From: Alphaproteobacteria bacterium
GTDB taxonomy: Bacteria; Pseudomonadota; Alphaproteobacteria; UBA828
Assembly: GCA_965221125.1 (NCBI GenBank)
Contig: CBDCRW010000007.1
Coordinates: 576,001-640,000 of the forward strand
DNA length: 64,000 nt
Direction of reading: 5' to 3'
Shown: positions 53,284 to 62,648 of the stretch, piece by piece
Layout: every line of letters starts with the position of its first letter
How positions within the stretch are numbered: the first letter of the stretch is position 1
Translations under genes and position numbers: made by a program
The notes under the pieces: model-generated
What the model saw: only the letters and a program-made list of their open reading frames with translations
Databases searched by the model: none
What the model was told of the DNA's origin: nothing

Positions 53284-54516
53284 GTGATCGCGCAGGCGAT
53301 CCTGCGGCGGCCTGCGGCGCTGGTCGCCGTCCTCTGCCTTGCCGAAGTGCTCGCGATGATGGGCTTTGCGGCCTACTGGTCGCTGCTGCCCGTGCTCCAG
53401 CCAGCCTGGGACATGAACAACACGGCGGCCGGCTGGCTCTCGGGCGCCTACTTCGGCGGCTACGTCCTCGTCGTTCCCTTTCTCACCGCGATGACTGATC
53501 GGGTCGATGCGCGCTACGTCTTCATCTTGGGCGCGCTGCTCTCGGCCGGCGGTCTGATCGGCCTGGCGTTCCTGGCAACGGGGTTCTGGTCCGCTCTGCC
53601 CTGGCGCGTGATCGCCGGCGCCGGCCTCGCCGGTTGCTACATGCCGGGCCTCAAGGTGCTCACCGACCGTCTGCCCGAGGCACGGCACCCGCGCGCGGTG
53701 GCCTTCTACACGGCCTGCTTCAGCGTGGGCACGGCGGTCTCCTACGCGCTCGCCGGCGGCGCGCTCGAGTGGTTCGGATGGCGCGGCGCCTTCCTCTTCG
53801 TGGCCGCCGGGCCGGTGCTCGGCGTGCTTGTCCTGGCGATACTGGTCGCACCGCGCGAGCCGGAGGCAGCGGTCGAGGAGCGCCGGCACGTGCTGGACTT
53901 CCGCCCGGTCCTGCGCTCGCGGGAGACGATGGGCTATATCGTCGCCTACGCCGGCCACGGGGCCGAACTCTTCGCCATGCGCTCCTGGATCGTGCCGTTC
54001 CTCATCTTCTGCCTGGGCACGGGCGGCGCCTTCGAGCTGAACGCCACGCTCTTCGCCACGCTCACCGCCCTCATCGGGGTGGTGTCCAGCATCGGCGGCG
54101 CGGAGCTGGCGCTGCGAATCGGACGCGCGCGCCTGATCACGTGGGCGATGCTGTCGACCTTCGCGGTCAGCGCGATCACCGGCTTCTCCTCGCCGCTGCC
54201 CTTCGCCGCAGTGGTGTTCTTCTGCCTGGTCTATGCGGCCGCCATCCACACCGATTCGGCGGCGCTGACGGCTGGCGCCGTGGCGTCGTCGCCCGTGGGC
54301 CATCGCGGCGCGACGCTGGCGGTGCATTCGACGCTGGGATTCGGCGGGTCGCTGTTCGCGCCGGCTCTGGTGGGCGTCGTGCTCGACCGCGCCGCGCCGC
54401 TCGGCGGGCAGACCGCCTGGGGGCTCGCGTTCCTCGCGATGGGGTCGATGGCGCTGCTGGGCTACGTCTTCTTCCTGCTGCAGCGCCGGGGGCTGGCCAG
54501 GGGTTCCCCGCCGTAG
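53284..54516 (+). CDS. MFS transporter
   Basis: About 12 hydrophobic segments; TDRVDAR motif A variant. Confidence 0.88.
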   Translation: MIAQAILRRPAALVAVLCLAEVLAMMGFAAYWSLLPVLQPAWDMNNTAAGWLSGAYFGGYVLVVPFLTAMTDRVDARYVFILGALLSAGGLIGLAFLATGFWSALPWRVIAGAGLAGCYMPGLKVLTDRLPEARHPRAVAFYTACFSVGTAVSYALAGGALEWFGWRGAFLFVAAGPVLGVLVLAILVAPREPEAAVEERRHVLDFRPVLRSRETMGYIVAYAGHGAELFAMRSWIVPFLIFCLGTGGAFELNATLFATLTALIGVVSSIGGAELALRIGRARLITWAMLSTFAVSAITGFSSPLPFAAVVFFCLVYAAAIHTDSAALTAGAVASSPVGHRGATLAVHSTLGFGGSLFAPALVGVVLDRAAPLGGQTAWGLAFLAMGSMALLGYVFFLLQRRGLARGSPP

Positions 54517-54541
54517 CCGCCTATCGGGCGTGCCCGCGCGA

Positions 54542-55348
54542 TCACACCGCCACGTAACCGTCGTCGCACATGACGATGTGGCCCGTCACCAGCTCCGACG
54601 CGTCGCTGCCGAGGAACACGGCGGCGCCGATCAGCTCCTTCGGCAGTCCGCGCCGCTTCCTGATCATCCGATCCACGATGAAGTCGGCGGTGATGGAGGA
54701 CCCCGATTCCGCGGCCGTTCTGCTGATGAGCGGGGTCACCATGAGCGTCGGCCCGATGCCGTTGACGCGAACGCCACGGTCCCGCCATTCAAGTGCCAGC
54801 GCCTTGGTCACCTGGGAGACCCCGCCCTTGGAGGCGAGATAAGCGCTGGCCCAGGGGTAGGCGATCACGGAGCCGATGGACGCCATGTTGATGATGCTTC
54901 CCTTCTCCTGCCTGAGCATGATTCGGCCGAACGCCTGGCAGCACAGATAGGTGCCCTTCAGGTTCAGCTCGATGATGTAGTCGAAGCGCTCCTCGGGGAA
55001 ATCCTCGACGGAACAGCGGTGGGCGGAGCCGGCGCTGTTCACGAGAATGTCGACCCGGCCGTGGTCGCGGCTGACCGATTCGGCAAGCGCCTCGCATTGC
55101 TCGCGCTTCGTGACGTCGAGTTCGACGGCGACGGCGCTGCCGCCCTGCTCCTCGATGATCGCCAGCGTTTCCCTGGCGGCGTCCAGCTTGATGTCGGCGA
55201 TGACGACGGTGACGCCGACCTGCGCATAGCCGATCGAAATCGCCTGCCCAAGTCCGCTGCCGCCGCCCGTGACCACGGCGATACGGCCGGTCAGGTCGAA
55301 AAGAGTGTTGGTGTATCCCAGGGGGACAATCGGCTCATCGGCGGGCAT
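54542..55348 (-). CDS. SDR oxidoreductase (gluconate 5-dehydrogenase-like)
   Basis: FDLTGRIAVVTGGGSGLG, YLASK, DDGY. Confidence 0.9.
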   Translation of the reverse strand: MPADEPIVPLGYTNTLFDLTGRIAVVTGGGSGLGQAISIGYAQVGVTVVIADIKLDAARETLAIIEEQGGSAVAVELDVTKREQCEALAESVSRDHGRVDILVNSAGSAHRCSVEDFPEERFDYIIELNLKGTYLCCQAFGRIMLRQEKGSIINMASIGSVIAYPWASAYLASKGGVSQVTKALALEWRDRGVRVNGIGPTLMVTPLISRTAAESGSSITADFIVDRMIRKRRGLPKELIGAAVFLGSDASELVTGHIVMCDDGYVAV

Positions 55349-55740
55349 GTCGAATCCTTTCAGCGCTTGCACAAGTGCGGTTTGGCGATGGGTCTGTCTC
55401 CATAGATCAGAGCGGACACTCTGACTCGTTTACTGGCCCCAACGGCAATGTCTGGCTCCAATTTCATGGCGAGACAGAGTTTTCGTTCACGAAGACAGGC
55501 AAGGCATTGATCTTCGTAACGTCGACGATATATCGCGGCGCCAAACCCAGTCAAGCAATCGTATCGTGATTGTCCGTAGCGAACGATATAAACGGCTCAT
55601 GCGACAGATGACTTTCCGTTCTGCACGCGCCGGCTTGCGCGCCGCACTATCGCTGCATGATTTGACTCCCAAATTTCTTGATGATATTCTGCCGATAGAT
55701 CGATGAAAACTCATCGAATAAACAAAGAATATGGGGAGGC

Positions 55741-57207
55741 ATGATGAGCAAGAAGATTCTCGGGGACGAGCAGACCAAGTCGGATGCACCGGCATCAGGG
55801 AGCGCCGGCGGGGTAAACCGGCGCGGATTCGTCAAGGGCGCGGCCGGTCTCGGCATCACCGCCTCGGCGTTTGGCGGAATGTTCTCGGACTACATCGGTG
55901 GCTTCGCATCCGCTTCCGCGGCGGATTACGACCCCATGAAGTACGCGGGAACGACAATAAACATGCTCGTGGTCGGCAGCGAAAACATCGATCACGCGTT
56001 CAGGGACCTGTTGCCGGAACTCACCGCGGAGACCGGCATCGAAGTCGAAATAACCTCGCCGGCGATCGGGCCGTTGATTCAGAAGACCGTGCAGCTTCTC
56101 CAGTCCGAGCGGTCCGGTTTCGAGCTGGTCCAGTATCTTGGCTTCCTCGCTCCGCAGATCGTCGGCAGCGGCGGCTTCACGAAACTCAACGCGTTTATCG
56201 ACGATCCCGCCGAAACGGCGGCCGAGTTCGACTTTGGGGACTTTATTCAGGCTGCCGTGAATAACGTCAGCATCTATGACGTCGAAGCCGGCAAGCGCGG
56301 GCAGGGATCGGACGTCTACGCCGTTCCCAGCGGGCCCGGGGGATCGGGCATCTACTTCTACCGCAAGGACCTGTTCGAGGCCGCGGGCCTCCAGCCGGCG
56401 AAGACGTGGGAGGAGTTTCACGAGGCGGCGAAGGCGCTGACGACCGACGACGTGGCGGGCGCGAGCTTCATCGGCGCCAACAACTTCTCGCTTGCCCTGA
56501 TCGACTGGTACACGCGCTTCATCACCTCCGGCGGCGTGCTCATGAGCGGCCACCCGGCCGACAAGAATTTCATGCCGCAGGTCGACACGCCGGAAGGCAG
56601 ACACGCGCTGCAGTTGCTGATCGACCTGCTGCCGTATGCACCCGCCAGCGTCACCCAGTACGGCTTTGCCGAGAACGTCGACGGGTTCGCGACAGGCAAG
56701 ATCGCCCAGATGATCTTCTGGTCGACGATTGCCGGGCCGGTCTTCGATCCGGAAAACTCGCTGGTCGCGGACAAGGCAGCGACGGGTCCGGTTCCGGCGG
56801 CGCCCGGCCAGACGCCCGGCTCGGTCATCGGCGGCTGGGGCATCGGCATTCCGCAGAATGCCGATCCCGACAAGAAGGCCGCAGCGTGGAGAGCGCTCAC
56901 CTGGCTCACGAGCAAGCGCTCCGAGCACCACCAGGTCGACAAGTACCAGATCACCGTGCAACGGGCGTCTACGTTCCAGAATCCCGAGTTGCTGGGCAAG
57001 TACCCCTACCTCACGGATTCGCGGGAGGCGATCGAGACGGCGCGGACGATGCCCATCGCGCACGTCACCGAGTTCCTGCAACTGCTCGACATCATGAACG
57101 TCGAGTTCAATGCGGCACTCGTGGGATCGCAGGACGCCCCGACCGCGACCGCGAAGGTCCAGAGTGGATGGGAAGCGATCCTTCGCAAGGCGGGGCATCT
57201 CGCCTGA
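55741..57207 (+). CDS. Tat-exported carbohydrate-type ABC substrate-binding protein
   Basis: NRRGFVKG twin-arginine signal; FYRKDLFEAAGL..KTWEEF, GGWGIGI. Confidence 0.88.
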   Translation: MMSKKILGDEQTKSDAPASGSAGGVNRRGFVKGAAGLGITASAFGGMFSDYIGGFASASAADYDPMKYAGTTINMLVVGSENIDHAFRDLLPELTAETGIEVEITSPAIGPLIQKTVQLLQSERSGFELVQYLGFLAPQIVGSGGFTKLNAFIDDPAETAAEFDFGDFIQAAVNNVSIYDVEAGKRGQGSDVYAVPSGPGGSGIYFYRKDLFEAAGLQPAKTWEEFHEAAKALTTDDVAGASFIGANNFSLALIDWYTRFITSGGVLMSGHPADKNFMPQVDTPEGRHALQLLIDLLPYAPASVTQYGFAENVDGFATGKIAQMIFWSTIAGPVFDPENSLVADKAATGPVPAAPGQTPGSVIGGWGIGIPQNADPDKKAAAWRALTWLTSKRSEHHQVDKYQITVQRASTFQNPELLGKYPYLTDSREAIETARTMPIAHVTEFLQLLDIMNVEFNAALVGSQDAPTATAKVQSGWEAILRKAGHLA

Positions 57208-57430
57208 GCGGGGGTGGGCCCGAAGCGGCAGCCACGCGCGCCTGCGCATAAGGTGGACTTGGCGCCCGCCTCGGGCGCAGTCTTCCAGGGGCGAGCGCGT
57301 GGCTGAGCTTCGTCCCGACGTCGTCTTACTATCGGGGGAGCCGCGCCTCGTCCGGTCTTCATGAGCCTGCGGCTCCTGCTCACGGAGCCGCAGGACTGCG
57401 CATGGTCCTGCCAACCAGCGGAGCAATGAC

Positions 57431-58327
57431 ATGAACAGTTCGCAAGCGCCGGTACTTGTGGCGGAGGGCCTGGGCTGGCCGGAAGGCCCCAGCGTCCGGC
57501 CCGATGGAAGCGTTGTCTTCGTCGAATGCTACCGCAGCCAGCTGACCGTCGTCGGCAGCGACGGCGAAACGCGCCAGTTCGCCTACGTCACCGGGGCGCC
57601 CAACTCGTGCGTGCTCGGCGCCGAAGGCGAGTTCTACATCTGCCAGAACGGCGGCACGGTCGGCCCGTGGCGGGCGGCGGAGATGACCGTCCCGTCGATC
57701 CAGCGCGTGCGCGAAGGGGGCGAGGCCGAGATCCTGGCGACGGAGATCGACGGCATCAAGTGCAACGGCCCCAACGACCTCGTGTTCGCCGCGGACGGCC
57801 GGCTGGTCTTCACCGATCCCGGAACCTACAACCCGGACGACCCGGACCCGAGCTACATCTTCTCGATCGCGCCGGACGGCAGCACGAGCGTCGTCGTCGC
57901 GTTCCCCGAGCCGGTCTTTCCCAACGGTCTCGCCGTCGAGGCCGATGGCTCCGTCGTCTGGTCCGAGTCCTATACCGGCCACGTCGGCCGCGTCCGGCCC
58001 GACGGCACGATCGAGGATCTCGGCCGCATGCCGGGCGACAACCCGATTCTGGACGGCATGAAGATCGGCGCGGACGGCCGCCTCTACGTGACCGACCTCG
58101 TCGCCGGCGGCCTTCATATCCTCGATCCCGACGGCACCGTGGAAGGGTTCATCGACTGCGGCGCGGCGCCGACGAACTGCGCCTTCGACGGCGAGACGTT
58201 GTGGGTGACGGACGCCGCCGTCCTCGCCGCCAGCACGGAGCCGAACCTCGCGGGCCGGCTATGGCGCGTCCATGTGCCGGGCGGCGGCGCGCCGACCCAC
58301 TACGGCAGCATCGCGGGGGCCGCGTAG
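57431..58327 (+). CDS. SMP-30/gluconolactonase family
   Basis: PEGP, GPNDL, FPNGL, DGMKIGADGRLYV, PTNCAF. Confidence 0.9.
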   Translation: MNSSQAPVLVAEGLGWPEGPSVRPDGSVVFVECYRSQLTVVGSDGETRQFAYVTGAPNSCVLGAEGEFYICQNGGTVGPWRAAEMTVPSIQRVREGGEAEILATEIDGIKCNGPNDLVFAADGRLVFTDPGTYNPDDPDPSYIFSIAPDGSTSVVVAFPEPVFPNGLAVEADGSVVWSESYTGHVGRVRPDGTIEDLGRMPGDNPILDGMKIGADGRLYVTDLVAGGLHILDPDGTVEGFIDCGAAPTNCAFDGETLWVTDAAVLAASTEPNLAGRLWRVHVPGGGAPTHYGSIAGAA

Positions 58328-58473
58328 GCCGGAGCGAACGCGCCGCCCCCGAGTGCGGCTGGAAAAACCCAAGCGCCGCAGCTAGTTCAATCGTTCCATT
58401 CCAGTAAAGTTGGAGGTAGGCAGAGGCCGCCGAACAGGACTAAACTGGGAACATCCGGTCATGTGAGGCCGCC

Positions 58474-58956
58474 ATGTTCACGTCCGTCTCCGCGCCTGCC
58501 GAACTCGCGCTCGACCTCGCGCGCCCCTGCGTCGCCGAAGGCCGGGCCGAGGGGCTGGCGCGCGGCGTCTGCCGCCTGCTCGATGCCATGGGTGTCTGCC
58601 CCCTCATCGAGGTGCCGCTCGGCACCGGCCGGCGGGCGGACGTGCTGGGGCAGGACGGCAAGGGCCGCTTCACCATCGTCGAGATCAAGAGCGGCCTCGC
58701 CGATTTCCGCGCCGATGCCAAGTGGGAGGACTACCGCGACCATTGCGACCGGCTCTATTTCGCCGTGGGCAAGGACTTCCCGCTCGACGTGCTGCCGGCG
58801 AACGTCGGTGTGATCGTCGCCGACCGTTTCGGCGCCGAGATCAGGCGCGAGGCGCCGCTCCAGCCCATGGCCACGGGCCTCCGCCGCCGGCAGGCGATCC
58901 GCTTCGGCCGCATCGCCGCCAACCGCCTGCGCTTCTTCCACGAGGAGCCGGGCTGA
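58474..58956 (+). CDS. mmcB: MmcB-family DNA repair endonuclease
   Basis: EVPLGTGRRADV..IVEIKSGLADFRADAKW..Y..CDRLYFAV. Confidence 0.9.
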   Translation: MFTSVSAPAELALDLARPCVAEGRAEGLARGVCRLLDAMGVCPLIEVPLGTGRRADVLGQDGKGRFTIVEIKSGLADFRADAKWEDYRDHCDRLYFAVGKDFPLDVLPANVGVIVADRFGAEIRREAPLQPMATGLRRRQAIRFGRIAANRLRFFHEEPG

Positions 58957-58965
58957 GCCGCTCGC

Positions 58966-60092
58966 TGACCGAGTTCAGAGAGATATGAGACGGGCCCCTT
59001 GAAGTGGGGGTGGGGGTCTCCGAGGCTGTTGGTGCGAACCGAAGCAGCCTGAAGGAGGCCCCCATGCAGGTCAGAAGCCTGCCCCGCCATGTTATCCGAA
59101 ACGCGATGGTCGGGTCGCGCCTGATCGGCGCGGAGCCCCCCGACAGCGCAGCGGCGATCAGGCGCGATGCGCTTATGCGTTGGCAGCAGGCCCGAGCGCG
59201 GGGACTGAGTGCCGCCGATGCCGCAGAGGCGGTCGGCGTGCCGCGCGCCACCCTCTATCGCTGGGCGAAGCGCCCGGAGCCCGGCTCGCGCCGGCCCCAC
59301 CGGCTGCGCCGGCCGACCTGGTCGCCGGCGCTGGTGGAGGCGGTCGAGGCCATGCGCCGCGACTATCCGATGTGGGGCAAGGCCAAGCTGGTCGTCCTGT
59401 TGCGCCGCGAGGGCTGGGTCGTCTCGGAGAGCACCGTAGGCCGCATCCTGGCGATGCTGGTCGCCCGAGGCCGGGTCGTGCCCGTGCCCACCCTGCGCCG
59501 CCGCCGCCATGGCGTCCGCCGCAAGCGGCCCCACGCCAGGCGCCTGCCCAAGGGCCTGAGGCCGAGCCGGCCCGGCGAGATCGTCCAGCTCGACACGCTC
59601 AGCGTCTCTCTCGGCGCAGAGCGGCGCACACTCAAGCAGTTCACCGCCTGCGATCCGCTCGCCAAGTGGACCTGCGCCCAAGCCTTCCGACGCGCCAGCG
59701 CGCACAACGCCAAGAACTTCCTCGACAAGCTCCAGGCCGACATGCCCTTCCCCATCCAGGCCATCCAGGTCGATGGCGGATCGGAGTTCAAGGCCGACTT
59801 CGAGGCCGAATGCGCGCGGCGCGGCATCGCCCTCTACGAGCTGCCGCCCCGCACGCCCGAACTCAACGGCCATGTCGAGCGCAACAACGGCGCCTGGCGC
59901 TACGAGTTCTACGCTACCTGGGAGCTGCCCAGCGACAGCCTCAAGGACATCAACCGATGGATCGACGCCTTCGCCGACGAGTTCAACAGCTTCAGGCCAC
60001 ACCACGCCCTTGGCGGACAAACACCAGCCGAATACCTTGCTCAGATCACAGCCAACGAAACCCAGCCGTCTCATAAGCCCTGAACTAGGACA
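58966..60092 (+). mobile_element. IS481-family-like insertion sequence, 1127 bp, 5-bp duplication CTCGC
   Basis: Left IR TGACCGAGTTCAGAGAGATATGAGACGG, right IR (reverse complement) TGTCCTAGTTCAGGGCTTATGAGACGG; CTCGC at 58961-58965 and 60093-60097. Confidence 0.9.
59064..60083 (+). CDS. DDE transposase (IS481-like)
   Basis: HTH VPRATLYRW, VQLDT, IQVDGGSEF, NGHVER, FNSFRPH; GAAGGAGG RBS. Confidence 0.9.
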   Translation: MQVRSLPRHVIRNAMVGSRLIGAEPPDSAAAIRRDALMRWQQARARGLSAADAAEAVGVPRATLYRWAKRPEPGSRRPHRLRRPTWSPALVEAVEAMRRDYPMWGKAKLVVLLRREGWVVSESTVGRILAMLVARGRVVPVPTLRRRRHGVRRKRPHARRLPKGLRPSRPGEIVQLDTLSVSLGAERRTLKQFTACDPLAKWTCAQAFRRASAHNAKNFLDKLQADMPFPIQAIQVDGGSEFKADFEAECARRGIALYELPPRTPELNGHVERNNGAWRYEFYATWELPSDSLKDINRWIDAFADEFNSFRPHHALGGQTPAEYLAQITANETQPSHKP

Positions 60093-60136
60093 CTCGCTTC
60101 CGCGCCGCTTCGCGCCGTGCTAAAAGCCGCCCCGCC

Positions 60137-60210
60137 TGGGGCGTAGCCAAGCGGTAAGGCAACGGGTTTTGGTCCCGTGATCCCAGGTTCGAATCCTGGC
60201 GCCCCAGCCA
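60137..60210 (+). tRNA. tRNA-Gln (anticodon TTG)
   Basis: Cloverleaf TGGGGCG acceptor stem, ACGGG-TTTTGGT-CCCGT anticodon arm, GGTTCGAATCC T loop, encoded CCA. Confidence 0.97.
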
Positions 60211-60262
60211 TGCCCTGCCGCCGGCACCTGAGGAGAGGGTCGATCCCCCGCCGCGATATCCC

Positions 60263-61618
60263 ATGATCCCGCGTTATTCACGTGCCGAGATGGCCGCGGT
60301 CTGGGCGCCGGAGACCCGCTTCGCCATCTGGCTGGAGATCGAGCGCCACGCGCTCGACGCCCAGGTCGCGCTCGGCCAGGCGCCGCAGGCGGCGGCGGAC
60401 GCGCTCGGCCGCGCCATGCGCGCGCACGCCGACGCGCTCGTCGATGCGGAGAAGATCGACGCGATCGAGCGCGAGACCCGCCACGACGTGATCGCCTTCC
60501 TCACCAACCTCGCGAACCACGTGGGGCCGGAGGCGCGCTTTATCCACCAGGGCCTCACCTCGTCGGATGTTCTCGACACCTGCCTCGCGGTGCAGCTCGA
60601 CCGGGCCGGCGCCCTGCTGGCCGACGGCGTCGATGCCGTGACGGCCGCGCTCAAGCGCCGCGCGTTCGAGCACAAGGGCACGCTCTGCGTCGGCCGCAGC
60701 CACGGCGTCCACGCGGAACCCACCAGCTTCGGCCTCAAGCTCGCCGGCCACTGCGCCGAGTTTGCCCGCGCGGCGGAACGCCTGCAGGCCGCGCGCCGCG
60801 AGATCGCGACCTGCGCCATATCGGGGCCGGTCGGCACCTTCGCGAGCGTCGATCCTGCCGTCGAGGTCCATGTCGCGGCGCAGATGGGTCTCGTGCCGGA
60901 GCCGGTCTCCACCCAGGTCATCCCGCGCGACCGCCACGCCATGTACTTTGCCGTCCTCGGCGTCATCGCCGGCGCCATCGAGCGGCTGGCGGTGGAGATC
61001 CGCCACCTGCAGCGGAGCGAGGTGGGGGAGGCGGCGGAGGCCTTCGGCAAGGGGCAGAAGGGTTCTTCTGCCATGCCCCACAAGAAGAACCCGATTCTCA
61101 CCGAGAACCTGACCGGCCTGGCGCGGATCGTGCGCGCCTCCGTGACGCCGGCGCTGGAGAACATCGCGCTCTGGCACGAGCGCGACATCAGCCACTCGGC
61201 GGTCGAGCGCGTCTTCGCGCCGGATGCGACCATCGCGCTCGACTTCGCGCTGACGCGGCTCGCCGGCGTCGTCGACGGCCTCGTGGTCGACGAGGCGGCC
61301 ATGCGCCGCAATCTCGAGAGCCGGGGCGGGCTCGTCTACAGCCAGCGCGTCCTGCTGGCGCTGATCGAGCGCGGCATGTCGCGCGAGGAGGCATATGCGG
61401 TCGTGCAGGAGGTCGCCCTGGGCGTCTGGGAAGGCGGGGGCGATTTCGAAGCCGCCCTCGCGGCCGATGCGCGCGTCTCAGACGTGCTCGACCGCGCCGC
61501 GCTTGCGGCCCTCTTCGATCCCGCGCCTTACCTCAGGCACGTCGATACCATCTTCGCCCGTGTCTTCGGGCACTCAACGAACGAAGCAACCGACAGTGAA
61601 GGGAGTGGACGGTCATGA
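60263..61618 (+). CDS. purB: adenylosuccinate lyase
   Basis: MIPRYS, TRHDVIAF, HQGLTSSD, GSSAMPHKKNP. Confidence 0.97.
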   Translation: MIPRYSRAEMAAVWAPETRFAIWLEIERHALDAQVALGQAPQAAADALGRAMRAHADALVDAEKIDAIERETRHDVIAFLTNLANHVGPEARFIHQGLTSSDVLDTCLAVQLDRAGALLADGVDAVTAALKRRAFEHKGTLCVGRSHGVHAEPTSFGLKLAGHCAEFARAAERLQAARREIATCAISGPVGTFASVDPAVEVHVAAQMGLVPEPVSTQVIPRDRHAMYFAVLGVIAGAIERLAVEIRHLQRSEVGEAAEAFGKGQKGSSAMPHKKNPILTENLTGLARIVRASVTPALENIALWHERDISHSAVERVFAPDATIALDFALTRLAGVVDGLVVDEAAMRRNLESRGGLVYSQRVLLALIERGMSREEAYAVVQEVALGVWEGGGDFEAALAADARVSDVLDRAALAALFDPAPYLRHVDTIFARVFGHSTNEATDSEGSGRS

Positions 61619-62361
61619 TCGAGATGCAGGACCACATCGCCGTAATCACGGGCGCCGGCAGCGGCTTCGGCGAAGCCACGGCGCTCAGGCTCGCGCGGGA
61701 GGGGATGCCGATCTTCTGCCAGGACATCAACGAGGAGAACGCGCAGCGCACCGCCGCCAGGGTGCGCGAAGGCAACGGCCGGGCCGAGGCGATCGGCGGC
61801 GACGTGTCCAGCGAGGCCGACGTGAAGGCGATGTTCGCCGCCTGCCGCAGCGCCTTCGGCGACTGCACGCTGCTCTTCGCCAATGCCGGCTACGCCCGGC
61901 TCTCGCCCTTCGTCGAGATGAGCGTCGAGGAGTTCGACCGCATGGTGGCGGTGCTGCTGCGCGGCGTCTTCCTCTGCGACCGCGAGGCGCTCGGCCCGAT
62001 GCTGGAGAAGGGCGAGGGCGTCATCATCAACACCGCCTCGCAGCTCGGCCACAAGGGCGCCAACGAAATGGCCCACTATGCGGCGGCGAAGGCCGGCGTC
62101 ATCGGGCTCACCAAGTCGCTCGCGCTCGAAGTCTCGAGCCGCGGCGTCCGCGTCAACGCCATCGGCCCCGGCCCCTGCAACACGCCGATCCTCGACGACA
62201 TCTCCGACGAGTGGAAACAGGCGAAGGCCGCCGAACTCCCGCTCGGGCGCTTCGGCGAGGCCTGGGAGATCGCCGAGACCGTGGCCTTCCTCGCCGGCCC
62301 CGGCGGCGCCATCTACGTCGGCCAGACCCTCGGCCCCAACTCCGGCGACGTGATGCTCTGA
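61615..62361 (+). CDS. SDR oxidoreductase (FabG-like)
   Basis: TGAGSGFG, YAAAK, GQTLGPNSG. Confidence 0.9.
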   Translation: MIEMQDHIAVITGAGSGFGEATALRLAREGMPIFCQDINEENAQRTAARVREGNGRAEAIGGDVSSEADVKAMFAACRSAFGDCTLLFANAGYARLSPFVEMSVEEFDRMVAVLLRGVFLCDREALGPMLEKGEGVIINTASQLGHKGANEMAHYAAAKAGVIGLTKSLALEVSSRGVRVNAIGPGPCNTPILDDISDEWKQAKAAELPLGRFGEAWEIAETVAFLAGPGGAIYVGQTLGPNSGDVML

Positions 62362-62391
62362 GCCGCGCGGTGCCGCCGTGAAGCATCCGCC

Positions 62392-62565
62392 CTATGCGCC
62401 GCCGCCCTCCCGGTCCGGCGGCGGCGGGGCGGCCTTCCGTTCGTGCTTCTGGCGCTTGCGCCGCCGCAGGTTCTCGCGCAGCGCCGCGGCGAGCCGGGCC
62501 TCGCGCTCCGGCCGCTTGCCGGTGCCCGGCGCGTTCGGTGCGCCCTTTCGGCCATCCGTCGACAT
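62392..62565 (-). CDS. small basic conserved hypothetical protein
   Basis: REARLAAALRENLRRRK motif, which I recall from small alphaproteobacterial proteins. Confidence 0.6.
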   Translation of the reverse strand: MSTDGRKGAPNAPGTGKRPEREARLAAALRENLRRRKRQKHERKAAPPPPDREGGGA

Positions 62566-62648
62566 GACGCTTGCGATCGTATCACGGATGGCAGAGCCTC
62601 GCGGCGCCGGGCGACCCGCGCCGGCTGGGCCCGCAGGGGAGAGTGGCG

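Noticed and set aside
58381-58473. LexA box upstream of mmcB (alphaproteobacterial GTTC-N7-GTTC / GAAC-N7-GAAC)
   Set aside because: GTTC and GAAC half-sites are present (58385, 58393, 58432, 58449), but none has the 7-nt spacing.
60137-60210. tRNA-Gln as the attachment site of an integrative island
   Set aside because: No tyrosine or serine integrase is nearby, I saw no duplicated tRNA 3' end, and purB follows directly.
62566-62648. SAM riboswitch upstream of metY
   Set aside because: The spacer is only about 80 bp, is shared with a divergent gene, and shows no recognisable SAM-II/SAM-alpha consensus.
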